Assembly: GCA_963777605.1 (NCBI GenBank)
Contig: CAVZRV010000028.1
Location: forward strand, 177,412-241,411
Source of the DNA: an uncultured Acidobacteriota bacterium
GTDB taxonomy: Bacteria > Acidobacteriota > UBA6911 > RPQK01 > JAPXNP01
Length of the DNA: 64,000 nt
Direction: 5' to 3'
Shown here: one piece after another, positions 19,943-32,507 of the stretch
Layout: each line of letters begins with the position of its first letter
Position numbering within the stretch: the stretch's first letter is position 1
Program-made: the position numbers and the translations under genes
The notes under the pieces: generated by a model
Databases searched by the model: none
What the model saw: only the letters and a program-made list of their open reading frames with translations
What the model was told of the DNA's origin: nothing

Positions 19943-20599
19943 GTGGCGAATATGCGATGCCCTGTTGTCGATTGGTCAGTATCCCTTTCCGGCATCCCCG
20001 AGTTAAGAGTTCTCGAATACGGCGCGAGCCGCACGGTTTATTGGGAAGGAGACTCGGCGGATTCGGTGCTCTTTCTCCAGCGCGGCAAATTGAAGCTGTC
20101 AGTTACTTCGAAGCAGGGCAAAGAGGCCATTATTGCGATACTGGACGACGGTGACTTCTTTGGCGAGGGTTGCCTCATTGGTCAACCCCTGCGCATGGCG
20201 ACGGCGACCGCACTCACCGATTGCAGCCTGATCCGGCTGGAGAAGAGCCTGATGCAGCGGCTTCTCCACGAGAAGCACGAGATCTCTGAAATATTCGTGT
20301 CCCATCTGCTGTCCCGCAATATCCGGTATGAAGCGGACCTCGTTGATCAACTCTTCAACTCGAGCGAGAAGCGCCTGGCCCGGATCCTGTTATTGCTGTC
20401 CCATTTCGGAAAAGAGAGCAAGACTGAGCCCGTCCTTCCCAGGATCAGCCAGGAGGATCTGGCCGAAATGGTCGGCACGACCCGCTCGAGGGTCAGTCAT
20501 TTCATGAACAAGTTCAGGAAGTTGGGCTTTATCGACTATGGCGACGAAGGAGGCCTGTCGGTCAATAGCGGCCTCCTGGGCGTGGTTCTTCACGATTAG
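19943..20599 (+). CDS. Crp/Fnr family transcriptional regulator
   Basis: cNMP-like domain (GDFFGEGCL..R.ATA), EKRLAR, HTH ISQEDLAEMVGTTRSRVSHFMNKF; start may be ATG 19952. Confidence 0.92.
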   Translation: MANMRCPVVDWSVSLSGIPELRVLEYGASRTVYWEGDSADSVLFLQRGKLKLSVTSKQGKEAIIAILDDGDFFGEGCLIGQPLRMATATALTDCSLIRLEKSLMQRLLHEKHEISEIFVSHLLSRNIRYEADLVDQLFNSSEKRLARILLLLSHFGKESKTEPVLPRISQEDLAEMVGTTRSRVSHFMNKFRKLGFIDYGDEGGLSVNSGLLGVVLHD

Positions 20600-20606
20600 A
20601 GCAGCC
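20589..20606 (+). repeat. 18-bp direct repeat, left copy (contains the crp stop codon)
   Basis: TTCACGATTAGAGCAGCC, identical to 21106-21123. Confidence 0.85.
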
Positions 20607-21109
20607 CCCGCGCTCCCCGCGGATCATTCAGAGAGTGAAACTGGACTTGGCGCTGGCGCCTTGGTTTCAGCCCAGGGCTTGCCCTGGGTCTGTGGTCCGG
20701 CACCTCGATTGCGGCCTGTAAGGTCGCGCCCCGGATTCACCTCGCCCGAAGAGGTGTTCAGCCCTTTCAGGGCTGGATTCTTGATGGGTGGGGTGGGCCG
20801 TGAACCCAGGCAAATGCCTGGGCTATAAACAGGACCCTTCAGGGGCCGGCCCGACGCCGGACCATTCAGAGCGTGAAACTGCCCCTGGCGCCGATCCTGT
20901 GATCCTCACTCATCCACGTCTGGCACCGGACCAGGAACCAGGATCCAGCCGATAATCGCGTCCCTGGCTCGCCGCCCATTCGTCCATCGTCGTCGTGGAA
21001 CGCAGAATCTTTTCCCCGAAACGCAAAGATCTCTTGTTTTCAACAATAATACCCTTGGAGGCCTTTGCGACTTGGCGTTGCAATTCGAAGTCTCCAAATT
21101 GAACTTTCA
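20607..21109 (+). mobile_element. Modular non-coding element, locus 2
   Basis: Head GCGGATCATTCAGAGAGTGAAACTGG (20619-20644); second head at 20857-20881; tail AAATTGAACTTTCA (21096-21109); homologous to loci 1 and 3. Confidence 0.75.
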
Positions 21110-21123
21110 CGATTAGAGCAGCC
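21106..21123 (+). repeat. 18-bp direct repeat, right copy
   Basis: TTCACGATTAGAGCAGCC. Confidence 0.85.
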
Positions 21124-21237
21124 TTACCTTCGGACCTGTGCCCTTTCTCCCGGTTCACTTGGCCGACGGACGTTTCTGCCGGGCTTGCTTGAAAGAATTC
21201 ACCTTCCGCCCGTCCCGTGAAGAGACGGATGGTCCCT

Positions 21238-22726
21238 TCACGGAAGGTCCGACGATCCTGATTTTTCCACAAATCGGTCCGCAGAACGGTAAAACTGAAG
21301 CGCTGAGCGGTAAGCGGCGGATGTGTAAGCTTTTCGCGCCGCACGAAGGTTCAGCGCAGACACCTTCACCTGCTCGTTGTGATCCTGGATCAGATTGAAC
21401 CCGGCGTTCAGGCCGTTCACAACCTCGAACAATCGCAGATCGAGCTGCTCCAGATTCAGGCTTTCGAGCAGGAGTCGGCCAATCCCCAGTTGAATTTTCG
21501 GAAGATCGTCGGTTCCAATCAGCGTGTAAGCCGCCTGCTGCACGCTGTCATGCAGGAATGCACATTCGGTGTGGTCCTGATGATTTCCGCCAGGGCTGTC
21601 ACAGTCGCCTTCATACATCGGGAGGAGTAACGTTCTCGCCAGATCGGAGAAAAGCAGCGCCCGGCACTCCGAGGGGTCCCGACCGCTGACGATACCCATG
21701 GTGGCCAGATCAAACCGGTTGCCCAGGCAGGCCGCCAGAGAGAAGAGATCCCGGCTGTCACGGTCCAAAAGTCGAAGTTTCCGCATAATCAACTCGGCCA
21801 CGTTCTCAGGCAGGTCCGCTCCTCCGTTTCGATCGAGGGTCCATTGCCAGCAATTCCGGTCCTTGTCAAGCCAGATCAGCTTCGACTCGTAGAGGAAGCT
21901 GAGAAGTGCCCGCACAAACAGCGGATTTCCCTGGGTCCTGTCGTGGAGGATCACCGCGAGTTCTTCGGCACCTTCTACAGCCGGCTTCAGCGTTTCAATC
22001 ACCATCTTCCGGACATCATCCAACCCGATATTCTTCGACCTTGAGCACTTCAACAGGAACAGCATGACTTCGAAGGCCCTTGACCAGGGACCCCATTGGG
22101 TGGCCGGAACCCGCTTCGTCATCACGACAGGAGACGATCACCAGCAGATAGCGCAGCTCAGACCCGATCTGCAGTTGCCTGAGCAATTCAAATGAGGCGG
22201 CGTCAGCCCATTGCCAGTCATCAATCACCAGTACGAGGGGATGTTCCGGTCTGCAGATGACCCGGAGAAAGTCCTGGAACACCCCGGCGATTCGGTGCCA
22301 GGATTCCCTCGGCTCGAGAAGTTCCAGAGGCGGCTGCAAACCAAGGAATGACTCAAATTCCGGGATCAGATCAAGCAGCACCTGGCCCCTGTTGCCAATG
22401 GCCAGGAGCGCATCAGCCTTGAATCGCAGGCGACGCTGTCTGCTCCCGGACTGCAACTCGCTGCACAGCTCTTTAAGAGCTTGTCGGAATGCGGATAGAG
22501 GCACATTCAGATGATATTGATCAAACTTTCCGCTTATGAAGAATCCGTTTCTATCCAGGACTGGTCCCTGAAGCGCATGGATCAGAGCGGTCTTTCCCAC
22601 CCCTGAAGCGCCGGAAACCAGCAACACTTCGCCGCAGCCACTGCAGATGCGATCAAATGATTCCAGCATTGCAATAGTCTCATGGCCACGGCCGTAGAGT
22701 GTGTTTCGAATCGCTAACTGATCCAT
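21238..22726 (-). pseudogene. AAA-ATPase module of a multi-domain sensor kinase; C-terminally truncated, frameshift ~22037
   Basis: LYGR..E, Walker A GASGVGKT, GKFDQY, PLVLVIDDWQWADAAS, TQGNPLF and FLHDSVQQAAY; ends long before the usual GAF/PAS/kinase domains. Confidence 0.75.
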
Positions 22727-22848
22727 TATCGGTCTTCTTTAGTAAGCGGAAGCAGATTCATTCCGATCAGGCAGCCAGATTAGCTTGGCGAAAAATCTCC
22801 GGCGAAAGGCCGAACCTTCCGCCAGATCTACTTCGGGTAATCTGCCGG

Positions 22849-23052
22849 CTAATCGTCCAGAACGAAAGTGACTGCGATGTTCACCTGATACTCAACAATT
22901 TTGTCGGCTTCGAGACGCACGTGCTGCTCCTTAACCCACCCACTGCGCACATTGTGAAGCGTTTTGGTGGCCCGGGCCAGGGCCTGTTTGACCGCGTCCT
23001 CAAACCCGATTTTAGAAGTGGCGCTGATTTCCTCGACCTTTGCAATTGTCAT
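22849..23052 (-). CDS. Dodecin family protein
   Basis: AKVEEISATS..GFEDAV..A..RA.KTL.NVRSGWVKEQ...YQVN...TF.L; AGGAGG RBS. Confidence 0.9.
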   Translation of the reverse strand: MTIAKVEEISATSKIGFEDAVKQALARATKTLHNVRSGWVKEQHVRLEADKIVEYQVNIAVTFVLDD

Positions 23053-23180
23053 TGAAGTCCTCCTGTTAAGCGTTTCAGCCTGAATCCCGGGCAGCGGAAT
23101 TTTTCGAGGCCGGATACGCCCGGCTGCTCGCCCGGCAGCTCAACGCATTCCTATTTATAGCCCCGGCTCACGAGGGTGTC

Positions 23181-23218
23181 AGTTCAGGTTGGCTCATACG
23201 GTTGGTCAAAACTGCTCA
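23181..23218 (-). promoter_or_regulatory. Tandem palindromic operator, copy 5 (dodecin)
   Basis: TGAGCA-GTTT-TGACCA, 6 nt, TGAGCC-AACC-TGAACT-GAC; overlapping CTGACA-17 nt-TATAAA. Confidence 0.85.
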
Positions 23219-23286
23219 GGAGGCTGAGGATTCAATCGTCATGCCTGAGTTGCGTTCGTCACTGGCGAACTCGGGCCCAGGTCCAA

Positions 23287-24178
23287 TCATTTCTCTTCTC
23301 CGTTCAAGGCCTCGAATCCGGAGATGACATCGAACAGTTCCTCGTCGATGCCACTCTGGCGCATGCGATGGAATGACCTGTTGAGTTCCTCCAGCAATTC
23401 GTCGATGTTCTTGTCGGCGCGTTGCATCGCCGCCAGGCGGCTCGCGTTCTCACTCGCAAGGGATTCGGCGCACGCCCGGAAGAGCGAGACAAAGAGATAT
23501 TCTCGGACGAGTGCCCGAAACGTCGCGGTGCCGCCACTCACGATCTCGGGCAAGTTCCCCGTCGGCCAGGGAAGTTCGGCCAGCCTGCGTCGCCAGTTCT
23601 CGTCCAGCGGCAGCAGTCGCTGGCCGACGGGCTCGTAGACCGGCCCGGACGTCGGACGATTGTAGAAGAGGTGGAGTTCGATGACCTCATCCTGGCTGCG
23701 GCGCGCTTCGCTCTCCACCAGAATCTGCCCGACGAGCGGGGTGATGGCCTGGACGGAATTCGGCACGGTGAAGAGTCCATTCATTAGTCAGGCCCGAGTC
23801 CGCCAGGCGTGCGTGAACCCGGTCACCGACGGCCCAGACCCGGGATATGCCGGGCAAAGCTGCGAGCGCCCTCATCGCATAATCGGCCACCACGTCATTA
23901 AACTGGCCCACCAGTCCCTGGTCGGAACCGAACACGATTGCACCAATCGTACCCGTATCGGTTGGACTCTTTCGACTCGTCATCAACGCCGCCTCGCTAC
24001 CGCGGAAGCAGACGCTTAACCCCAGTTCCACGATGCGAGAGTAGTCGGCCAGCGCGCGCACCGATTGCTCGTATTGTCCGATGCTTGACGCGGCCAGGGC
24101 TTTCATCGTGCGGACCACGGATTGAAGATCTCCGGCGCTGTCGATTTTTCGGCGCAGGCTCGCGATGGTGGTGCTCAT
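23287..24178 (-). CDS. atpG: N-ATPase gamma subunit (frameshift ~23787)
   Basis: LQSVVRTMKALA and FGSDQGLVGQFN in ORF 23687-24178; SENASRLAAMQRA and RQSGIDEELFDVISG in ORF 23287-23784. Confidence 0.92.
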
Positions 24179-24543
24179 GAATTCTCGGTGGGTTCGCCTC
24201 CAGCAGGAGGCGGGTCGGTCCTGTGACTCCTTTGATCGTGCAGTCGCCCGAGGGTGCTCTCGATCAAACTGGCTAACATGTCTGCAGCGCCGTCAACGGC
24301 CTGGTCCAAGGTGTCCGCCTGATGAGTGACCGCGACCGGTCGGAGGCCTTCGAGGCGGGCTTCCATCATGCAGCTCTTGTCGTTCTGGCCGCTCTTGTGG
24401 CGGTTCTCGTCGCTCAAATGAACTTCCACCCGGGTGATCTGATCGCTGATTCGGCTCAGGGCGTTCTCCACTACGCTGCGGACCTGATCGCTCAGCCCCT
24501 CGGAACCTTCAATGTTATGGTCGGTATTAACTTGGATCTGCAT
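24175..24543 (-). CDS. HPF/RaiA (ribosomal subunit interface, S30AE) family protein
   Basis: MQIQVNTD.NI, ITRVEVHLSDEN, DKSCMMEARLEG..PVAVTH.A; AGGAG RBS; overlaps the atpG start (ATGA). Confidence 0.85.
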   Translation of the reverse strand: MQIQVNTDHNIEGSEGLSDQVRSVVENALSRISDQITRVEVHLSDENRHKSGQNDKSCMMEARLEGLRPVAVTHQADTLDQAVDGAADMLASLIESTLGRLHDQRSHRTDPPPAGGEPTENS

Positions 24544-24555
24544 GCTGTTCTCCTG

Positions 24556-26110
24556 TTAAGGTTCAGGATCGGATTTCGATCCCTCCCCGGGTTGGAACTG
24601 TTCGAGGGCCAGGCGGGTGACGTCGATGATCGTCTTGCGATCGTCGTCGCTCAGTTTGTCGGCCGTGGTCGAACCGCTCGCGCACCTCCCCCGGAATCTC
24701 CTTCTCCGCCTCGCGTACGGCCTGTTCGGCGTCCTTCATTCGGGCAACCGGCACGTTGTCGAAGAGTCCCGAGGTCAACGCAAGCAACACGGCGATTTGC
24801 GCGGGCATCGAAACCGGGGACGATTCCGGTTGCTTGAGGCAGGCGCGGATGCGCCGCCCGCGCCCGATGATCCTGCGGGCGTCTTCATCCAGTCGGGCGC
24901 CAAAACGGGAAAAGGTCTCACGCTCTTCGAACTGGGAGTAGGCAAGCTTGAGGTAGCCCGCCACCGCCCGGTAGGCTGCCCGTTGTGCCTTGCCGCCGAC
25001 ACGTGAAACCGATTTCCCGACATCGACCGCCGGCAGCACTCCCAGCTCGAACATCGACGGTGAGAGGTAGATCTGGCCATCGGTGATGGAGGTCAGGTTG
25101 GTCGGAATGTAGGCGGAAATGTTTTGCGCTTCGGTTTCAATGATGGGCAGGGCGGTCAGCGAGCCGCCGCTGAGTTCCTCGCGCAGGTGGGTGGCGCGTT
25201 CGAGCAGCCGTGAATGGATGTAGAAGATGTCGCCGGGGAATGCTTCGCGACCGGGCGGACGGCGCAGCAAAAGAGAAAGCTCGCGATAGGCGCGGGCATG
25301 ATGGGTGAGATCGTCGTAGACGATGAGCACGTCCCGGCCTTGCTCCATGAGATGCTCGGCAATGCTGGTGGCTGCATAAGGGGCGATGTAGGAGAGACCC
25401 GGCGGGTCGTTTCCCTCGGCCACAACGACCGCGGTGTAGTCCATGGCGCCTTTCTCCTGAAGGTTCGCCACGGCCTTCGCCACGGCGGAAGCGCGCTGGC
25501 CAACGGCACAATAGACGCAGGCGACATTGTGGCCCCGCTGGTTGATGATAGTGTCGATCGCAATGGCCGTCTTGCCCGTCTGCCGGTCGCCGAGAATCAG
25601 CTCGCGCTGGCCCCGTCCGATGGGAATGAGCGCGTCGATGACCTTAAGTCCGGTCTGGAGGGGCTCGGTGACGGGGGCACGGTCCATGATGGGCGGTGCG
25701 GGTCGTTCGATGGGAAGGCGATCGCGACTCGCCACCTGCCCTTGGCCATCAAGCGGCCGGCCGAGCGGGTCGATGACGCGCCCGAGCAGGCCATCACCCA
25801 CGGCCACGTCCATGACCCGTCCCGTTCGCTCGACTTCATCGCCCGCTTGCAAATGCCAGTATTCACCGAGCAGCACGACTCCTATTTCGTCTTCGTCCAG
25901 ATTGAATGCGATGCCGTAAACGTCGCCGGGAAATCTCACCAGTTCATCGAAGCCCACGCCGGGAAGGCCGGAGACCCTCGCGATGCCTGTCGAGACACTG
26001 GCGATCGTGCCCACCTCCCGCAACGTCAGTTGCGGTGTGAATGCTTTCCGCACCTGATTTATCCCGGAAAATGCGCTGTCGAAAATGTCTTGGAGGCTCT
26101 CGGGTTTCAT
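24556..26110 (-). CDS. atpA: N-ATPase alpha subunit (probable frameshift ~24670; corrected stop 24556-24558)
   Basis: [27 protein letters not shown] and [14 protein letters not shown]; the alternative frame gives the tail [15 protein letters not shown]. Confidence 0.95.
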
Positions 26111-26112
26111 GT

Positions 26113-26964
26113 TCAGCGGCTCTCTGTTTCGGGCACAGGTTCGTCGGGCGCAGGCTCCGCCCTGGACCCCGGCTCAGGCTTGGGCTTGGCCCGAGCTTCA
26201 GGCCGTTCCTTCTGTTTCAAGAGGTCGCCGGCGCTCTTCTCCAGCGACGACAGATAATCCGCGATGCTCCACGCCACCTTTTGTCCATTCGTGGTGAGTT
26301 CGATGCCGCTGATCACGCCTGTCGCGGTCTCGAAGCGGACTTGGATTTCAGCCGAAAAGGATTCGTCAATCGCCTGTTGGATTGCGTCTCGCTGCTCAGG
26401 CGGCAGCTCGAAGGCACTCCGGACGACCGCCGGGTTGGAGGATGTTTGCAAGGCCTTGGTAAGAGCGGACTTCTCCTCACCTCCGAGTTGCCGCAAGCGG
26501 CTCGTGAAGACCTCGCTCATGCGTTCTTCCAGACTTGTCCCGGCGAGGTCCGTCAGCGTCTTTCGCGCGATGGCAAAGACTTCCTGCCGGGCCCGGCGGG
26601 TGATTTCGTCGTTCAGGCTCTGCTGTTCAAGTTTCAACGCTTCCCGTCGTTTGGCACTCAGGGCGTCTGCCGCCTGCCGTGCTTCATCAAGGAGGCGCCG
26701 GCGTTCCTCTTCTCCCTCGTCCTTCGCGCGGCTCAGGAACCCGGCGCGCTGCTGGTCGAATTCCTCGTTCTTGTGCCGAAACTCGTCGCGTTCCTTTTGA
26801 GCTTCGGCCTTTTTCGCCTCGGCGTCGGCGAGTTCCGTGGCGATTCGCTTCTCCCGCGCGTCGATGGCTCGAAGGATGGGCTTGTAAAGAAAGCGTTTCA
26901 TCAACCACACCAGGATGAGAAAGTTGAGCACTTGCGCACCGACGGTGAACCAATCAATGAGCAT
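26113..26964 (-). CDS. atpF: N-ATPase subunit b (with delta-like C-terminal domain)
   Basis: [29 protein letters not shown], coiled coil, [17 protein letters not shown]. Confidence 0.93.
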   Translation of the reverse strand: MLIDWFTVGAQVLNFLILVWLMKRFLYKPILRAIDAREKRIATELADAEAKKAEAQKERDEFRHKNEEFDQQRAGFLSRAKDEGEEERRRLLDEARQAADALSAKRREALKLEQQSLNDEITRRARQEVFAIARKTLTDLAGTSLEERMSEVFTSRLRQLGGEEKSALTKALQTSSNPAVVRSAFELPPEQRDAIQQAIDESFSAEIQVRFETATGVISGIELTTNGQKVAWSIADYLSSLEKSAGDLLKQKERPEARAKPKPEPGSRAEPAPDEPVPETESR

Positions 26965-26967
26965 GTT

Positions 26968-27249
26968 CTAGTTTCCCCCGGTCAGGGAGATGACGTGGTT
27001 CCAAAACGGGTTGGCGAAGATGAGAATCATTGAGACCACGAAACAATAAATGGCCGTGGACTCGATCATCGCCAGGCCGACGAACAGCGTCCGGGTGATC
27101 GTGGCGGAAGCGTCTGGCTGCTGGGCCAGTGAACTCAGGGCCGTCGCGACCGCACGCCCTTCGCCCAACGCCGGGCCAATACAGCCGATCCCTGTGGTCA
27201 TTCCGGCGGTGACAACTGATGCCACCGCGATGATTGTCATGTTATCCAT
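26968..27249 (-). CDS. atpE: N-ATPase subunit c
   Basis: GPALGEG, AQQPD and LAMIESTAIY motifs. Confidence 0.95.
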   Translation of the reverse strand: MDNMTIIAVASVVTAGMTTGIGCIGPALGEGRAVATALSSLAQQPDASATITRTLFVGLAMIESTAIYCFVVSMILIFANPFWNHVISLTGGN

Positions 27250-27273
27250 AGCATTTCCTTCGGTTGTCATAGT

Positions 27274-27975
27274 TCACGCTGCAATGCCCCGCCTCGGTCC
27301 AGGCCTGGTATGACGGGCTCGCGTGGCGGCCGCGATGTAAACCGTGGCCAGGATAAAGAAGATGTAGGCCTGCACCATGCCGGTGAGCAGCCCGAGCGCC
27401 GTCATGACGATCGGAAAGATGAACGGCGTGATGGTGAGCAGAATGCCGATGATCATCGCCCCGCTCATCATGTTGCCGAACAGACGGACGGCCAGTGCCA
27501 GCGTGCGCGAAAGCTCGCTGATGATATTGAACGGCAGCATGATGATCGTCGGCTTCAGATAGGACTTGAGGTAACCAGTCAACCCCCGCTCCTCGATGCC
27601 GAAGAGGGGCACTGCCACAAAGACGCACAGCGCGAGCGCCGCAGTGGTCGAGAGCGAACTCGTCGGGGGTTCGTAGCCGGGAATAACGGTGAAGAGGCTG
27701 GCCGTAGCGACGAACAGGAAAAGCGTGCCCAGAAAGCTGAGATACTTTTCCGGTTGCTGGAGGCCGACCTCTCCGATCTGTTTCTCGATCGCGGTAACGA
27801 CGATTTCCAGAAGGTTCTGCCAGCGGGAACGTTCCAAACCGATCGAGAGTCTGCGAGTAATGAGTCTCGAACCAAGCGCCAGTACCAGCATCAGGCCCCA
27901 GGTAATTGCAACCGTGGCGTTGAGCTTGACGAAGCCGTATTGCCAGAAGATGATCTCGTCGGGACTAAGGCGCAA
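27274..27975 (-). CDS. atpB: N-ATPase subunit a
   Basis: PPTSSLSTT, SRTLALAVRLFGNMMSG and QAYIF motifs. Confidence 0.95.
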   Translation of the reverse strand: MRLSPDEIIFWQYGFVKLNATVAITWGLMLVLALGSRLITRRLSIGLERSRWQNLLEIVVTAIEKQIGEVGLQQPEKYLSFLGTLFLFVATASLFTVIPGYEPPTSSLSTTAALALCVFVAVPLFGIEERGLTGYLKSYLKPTIIMLPFNIISELSRTLALAVRLFGNMMSGAMIIGILLTITPFIFPIVMTALGLLTGMVQAYIFFILATVYIAAATRARHTRPGPRRGIAA

Positions 27976-28279
27976 GACCGGCCTCCTTTACAGAGGGGTT
28001 GCGGCATTCGAAGGTCGGGCCAGTGAGCCTCAACACGATGAAGCGCGCGGCGGTAAACCCGAGGAGACACGCCAGCAAACGGCCCCAATCACCGTTCGAG
28101 ACAAAGTAGAAACCACTGAGGACGATGCCGGTCCGCAAGACCAGGCTGCCCAGAAACCAAGGTGCCGGATGTCTTGATGAAAGGCCCTTCGACACCGTCC
28201 ACCGAAGGCCGCCAAAAAAGACTGCGCCGAGCAAAACACCTACCACCAACGCCAGTCCCAACGCCAGAAAATCATCCAT
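27965..28279 (-). CDS. atpR: N-ATPase AtpR subunit
   Basis: LG.VFFGGL.WTV and WF.GSL.LR pattern; position between atpQ and atpB. Confidence 0.85.
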   Translation of the reverse strand: MDDFLALGLALVVGVLLGAVFFGGLRWTVSKGLSSRHPAPWFLGSLVLRTGIVLSGFYFVSNGDWGRLLACLLGFTAARFIVLRLTGPTFECRNPSVKEAGLAP

Positions 28280-28596
28280 CGTCCTCCCCCTCTTCCTCCC
28301 CCATTGCCTTTTCTTCCCTGCTTACCCAGTGCCACGCGTTCAGGCAGCCGATGGTCAAGCCGGTGACGAGCAACATCAGCGTCCAGGAACGGGTTCCGGG
28401 ATAATGCTTGTCCAACCAGAGGCCAAGCGCCGCGCCAATCAGCGTCGGAATCGCCACCGACCATCCAATGATCCCCATCATCCCCAGGCCAAACCAAACG
28501 CCCGGCGCCGCGTTGCGCCGTGCCTTGAGCTTGCGCGCCGCCTTCGCGCCGACCTCGTCACTGAGAGAGGGCCTTAAAGACTTGTGTTGGGGTTTG

Positions 28597-28604
<8 letters not shown>
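28272..28604 (-). CDS. atpQ: N-ATPase AtpQ (AtpZ/AtpI family) subunit
   Basis: GLGMMGIIGWSVAIPTLIG..LG.WLD and GCLNAWHW. Confidence 0.85.
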
Positions 28605-30751
<2,147 letters not shown>

Positions 30752-30773
30752 TCACCGCCAGGAACGGAACCCG

Positions 30774-31717
30774 CTAAACGGCGGCAGCGTGCGCACATGA
30801 AAACGCGGGCTCCTTCCCGATTCGCTGAATAGTCTCCAGGATCCGCTCGGGCCTGCCCCAATCGCTCCAGAGAACGCCTCCCAATTCCATGACCGTGACC
30901 CGCCCGGGCAGACGTTCCAGCAGCTCAGAAGAGAAGTTCCTGGACGGCATAGCCGCGTAGATTTTTTCCAGAACTTGTGCTTCCTCCGACGTCCCGATCG
31001 CCTCCCGGTACCACTCAAAGAGCATCATCATCTCGGGAAAGCACTGCCACCCCATCTCCCATAAAGTTGCTGCCCTGGCTGCCATGACCAGCGTATTCCA
31101 GAGGGCGCCCGATGCCATGGCGGTCCTGCACATCTCCACACCAGGTTTCTCCCGAAACGCTTCCGTTGCCCTTATCTCGAGTCCTCCGACGCAGCTGACA
31201 CACGGGCCCGGATGAATCCAGCCGTACTCCGGTTCCAGTCGATCGGGAAGGACTCCCAGCAGGCACAGCGAATCCCTCAAGTGTTGTGCTGCCTGCGCAG
31301 CTTTTCGCACTACTTCACTGAATTGCTCCTCGGGATAGATGAAATGGTCTGACGGGTAAACCAGTACCGTCGCCTGAGGATCCTCAGCGAGGACATGAGT
31401 CAGGGCCAAAAAGATGCCGGCCGCGGTATCCCGGTTGGCGGGCTGAACGATAAGCTTTCCGGCCTTTCCCGCCGAGAGCTGAGCCCGGGCCTCGATCTGA
31501 TGAGTGCGTCCGATGACCGTCACCTTCTGTTCGGGTAGAGTAATCCGGTCGGCGCGGTCCAGCGTATGCTGGAACATCGATCGGGTTCCGATGAAGGTGC
31601 AGAATTGTTTGGGCGTGTCACATCCCAGCCACTGTTGAACAAAGGGTCTGAGACGTTCCCCTTTGCCTCCCGCCAGGACAATGGACCAGAGTCCTCATGC
31701 TCGTTTCCTCGATTCAT
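30774..31717 (-). CDS. Sugar-phosphate nucleotidyltransferase (mannose-1-phosphate guanylyltransferase-like), frameshift near the 5' end (~31695)
   Basis: In-frame upstream LWSIVLAGGKGERL..PKQFC; QPANRDTA, PSDH, EYGWI, F.EKP, LWNT and WSDWG. Confidence 0.85.
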
Positions 31718-31901
31718 CGCGCACTCCTCGCCCGTTCACAGGCCCGACAGATATTGTGAATTACCTCAATCCCATTCGTCTTTCCTGGGTGGCCGTTCTC
31801 GCCTTTGCCCCGACCGTCTGGCCCGTTTCAGACAGTTACAGCCCCTTTCTTTTCAGCCAGTCCGTGTTATCGGCACTGTACGATTGAGCTGGTTCCCGGT
31901 C

Positions 31902-31939
31902 AGTGCAGAAGGAATCGCTGGTGTGGTCAAAATTGCTCA
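31902..31939 (-). promoter_or_regulatory. Tandem palindromic operator, copy 6 (nucleotidyltransferase, possibly reading into the N-ATPase operon)
   Basis: TGAGCA-ATTT-TGACCA, 6 nt, CGATTC-CTTC-TGCACT-GAC; TACAGT at 31880-31875. Confidence 0.75.
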
Positions 31940-32403
31940 CCCGGGTCAGTGGCGGGCACTGAGGCCCATCATCAATGGCCCCTTCGGTTTTTCTCGCCTC
32001 GCGAAGGGAAACACGGACCTGGGAGGGAAACCTGTAAGTCGCTGAAAAGCAGATGATTGGAGTGCGTCCACGGTCCTGATCGACCAAGAGCTTCATCCCT
32101 TTGGAACGACGGAGTCTTCCGGCGCGACAGGCTGCACTGGAAAGGGAAGCTGGGCGAGAAATCGTCCTCGCCCAGCGGCATGCCGTAGCGTTCGGCCCGG
32201 CATTTATCGGTAGAAACGTTCCGGAACATGGATGCCCGAAACGGGGGGGCCTAAACCGGAAACCCGAAGTTAGGGGGATCCAGCATGGCGAAGTTCAAGC
32301 CGTCAGTTATCCACCGTTGACAAGCTGATGCGACCTTTCCGAGCCACGAGATGGTGGTTCGGTGGCACACTCCCTCTTTTTACTCCCGGGCCGGTCCCGT
32401 GTC

Positions 32404-32441
32404 AGTTCAGTAATGCTCAAGCGCCCGGTCAAAACTGCTCA
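32404..32441 (-). promoter_or_regulatory. Tandem palindromic operator, copy 7 (no recognised gene directly downstream)
   Basis: TGAGCA-GTTT-TGACCG, 6 nt, TGAGCA-TTAC-TGAACT-GAC; TAAAAA at 32382-32377. Confidence 0.8.
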
Positions 32442-32507
32442 TCGCTTTCCATCAATCGACAAAGAATCTGAGCACTGAAAACGAGCTCGAACTGCCGATG
32501 CCGCAAC

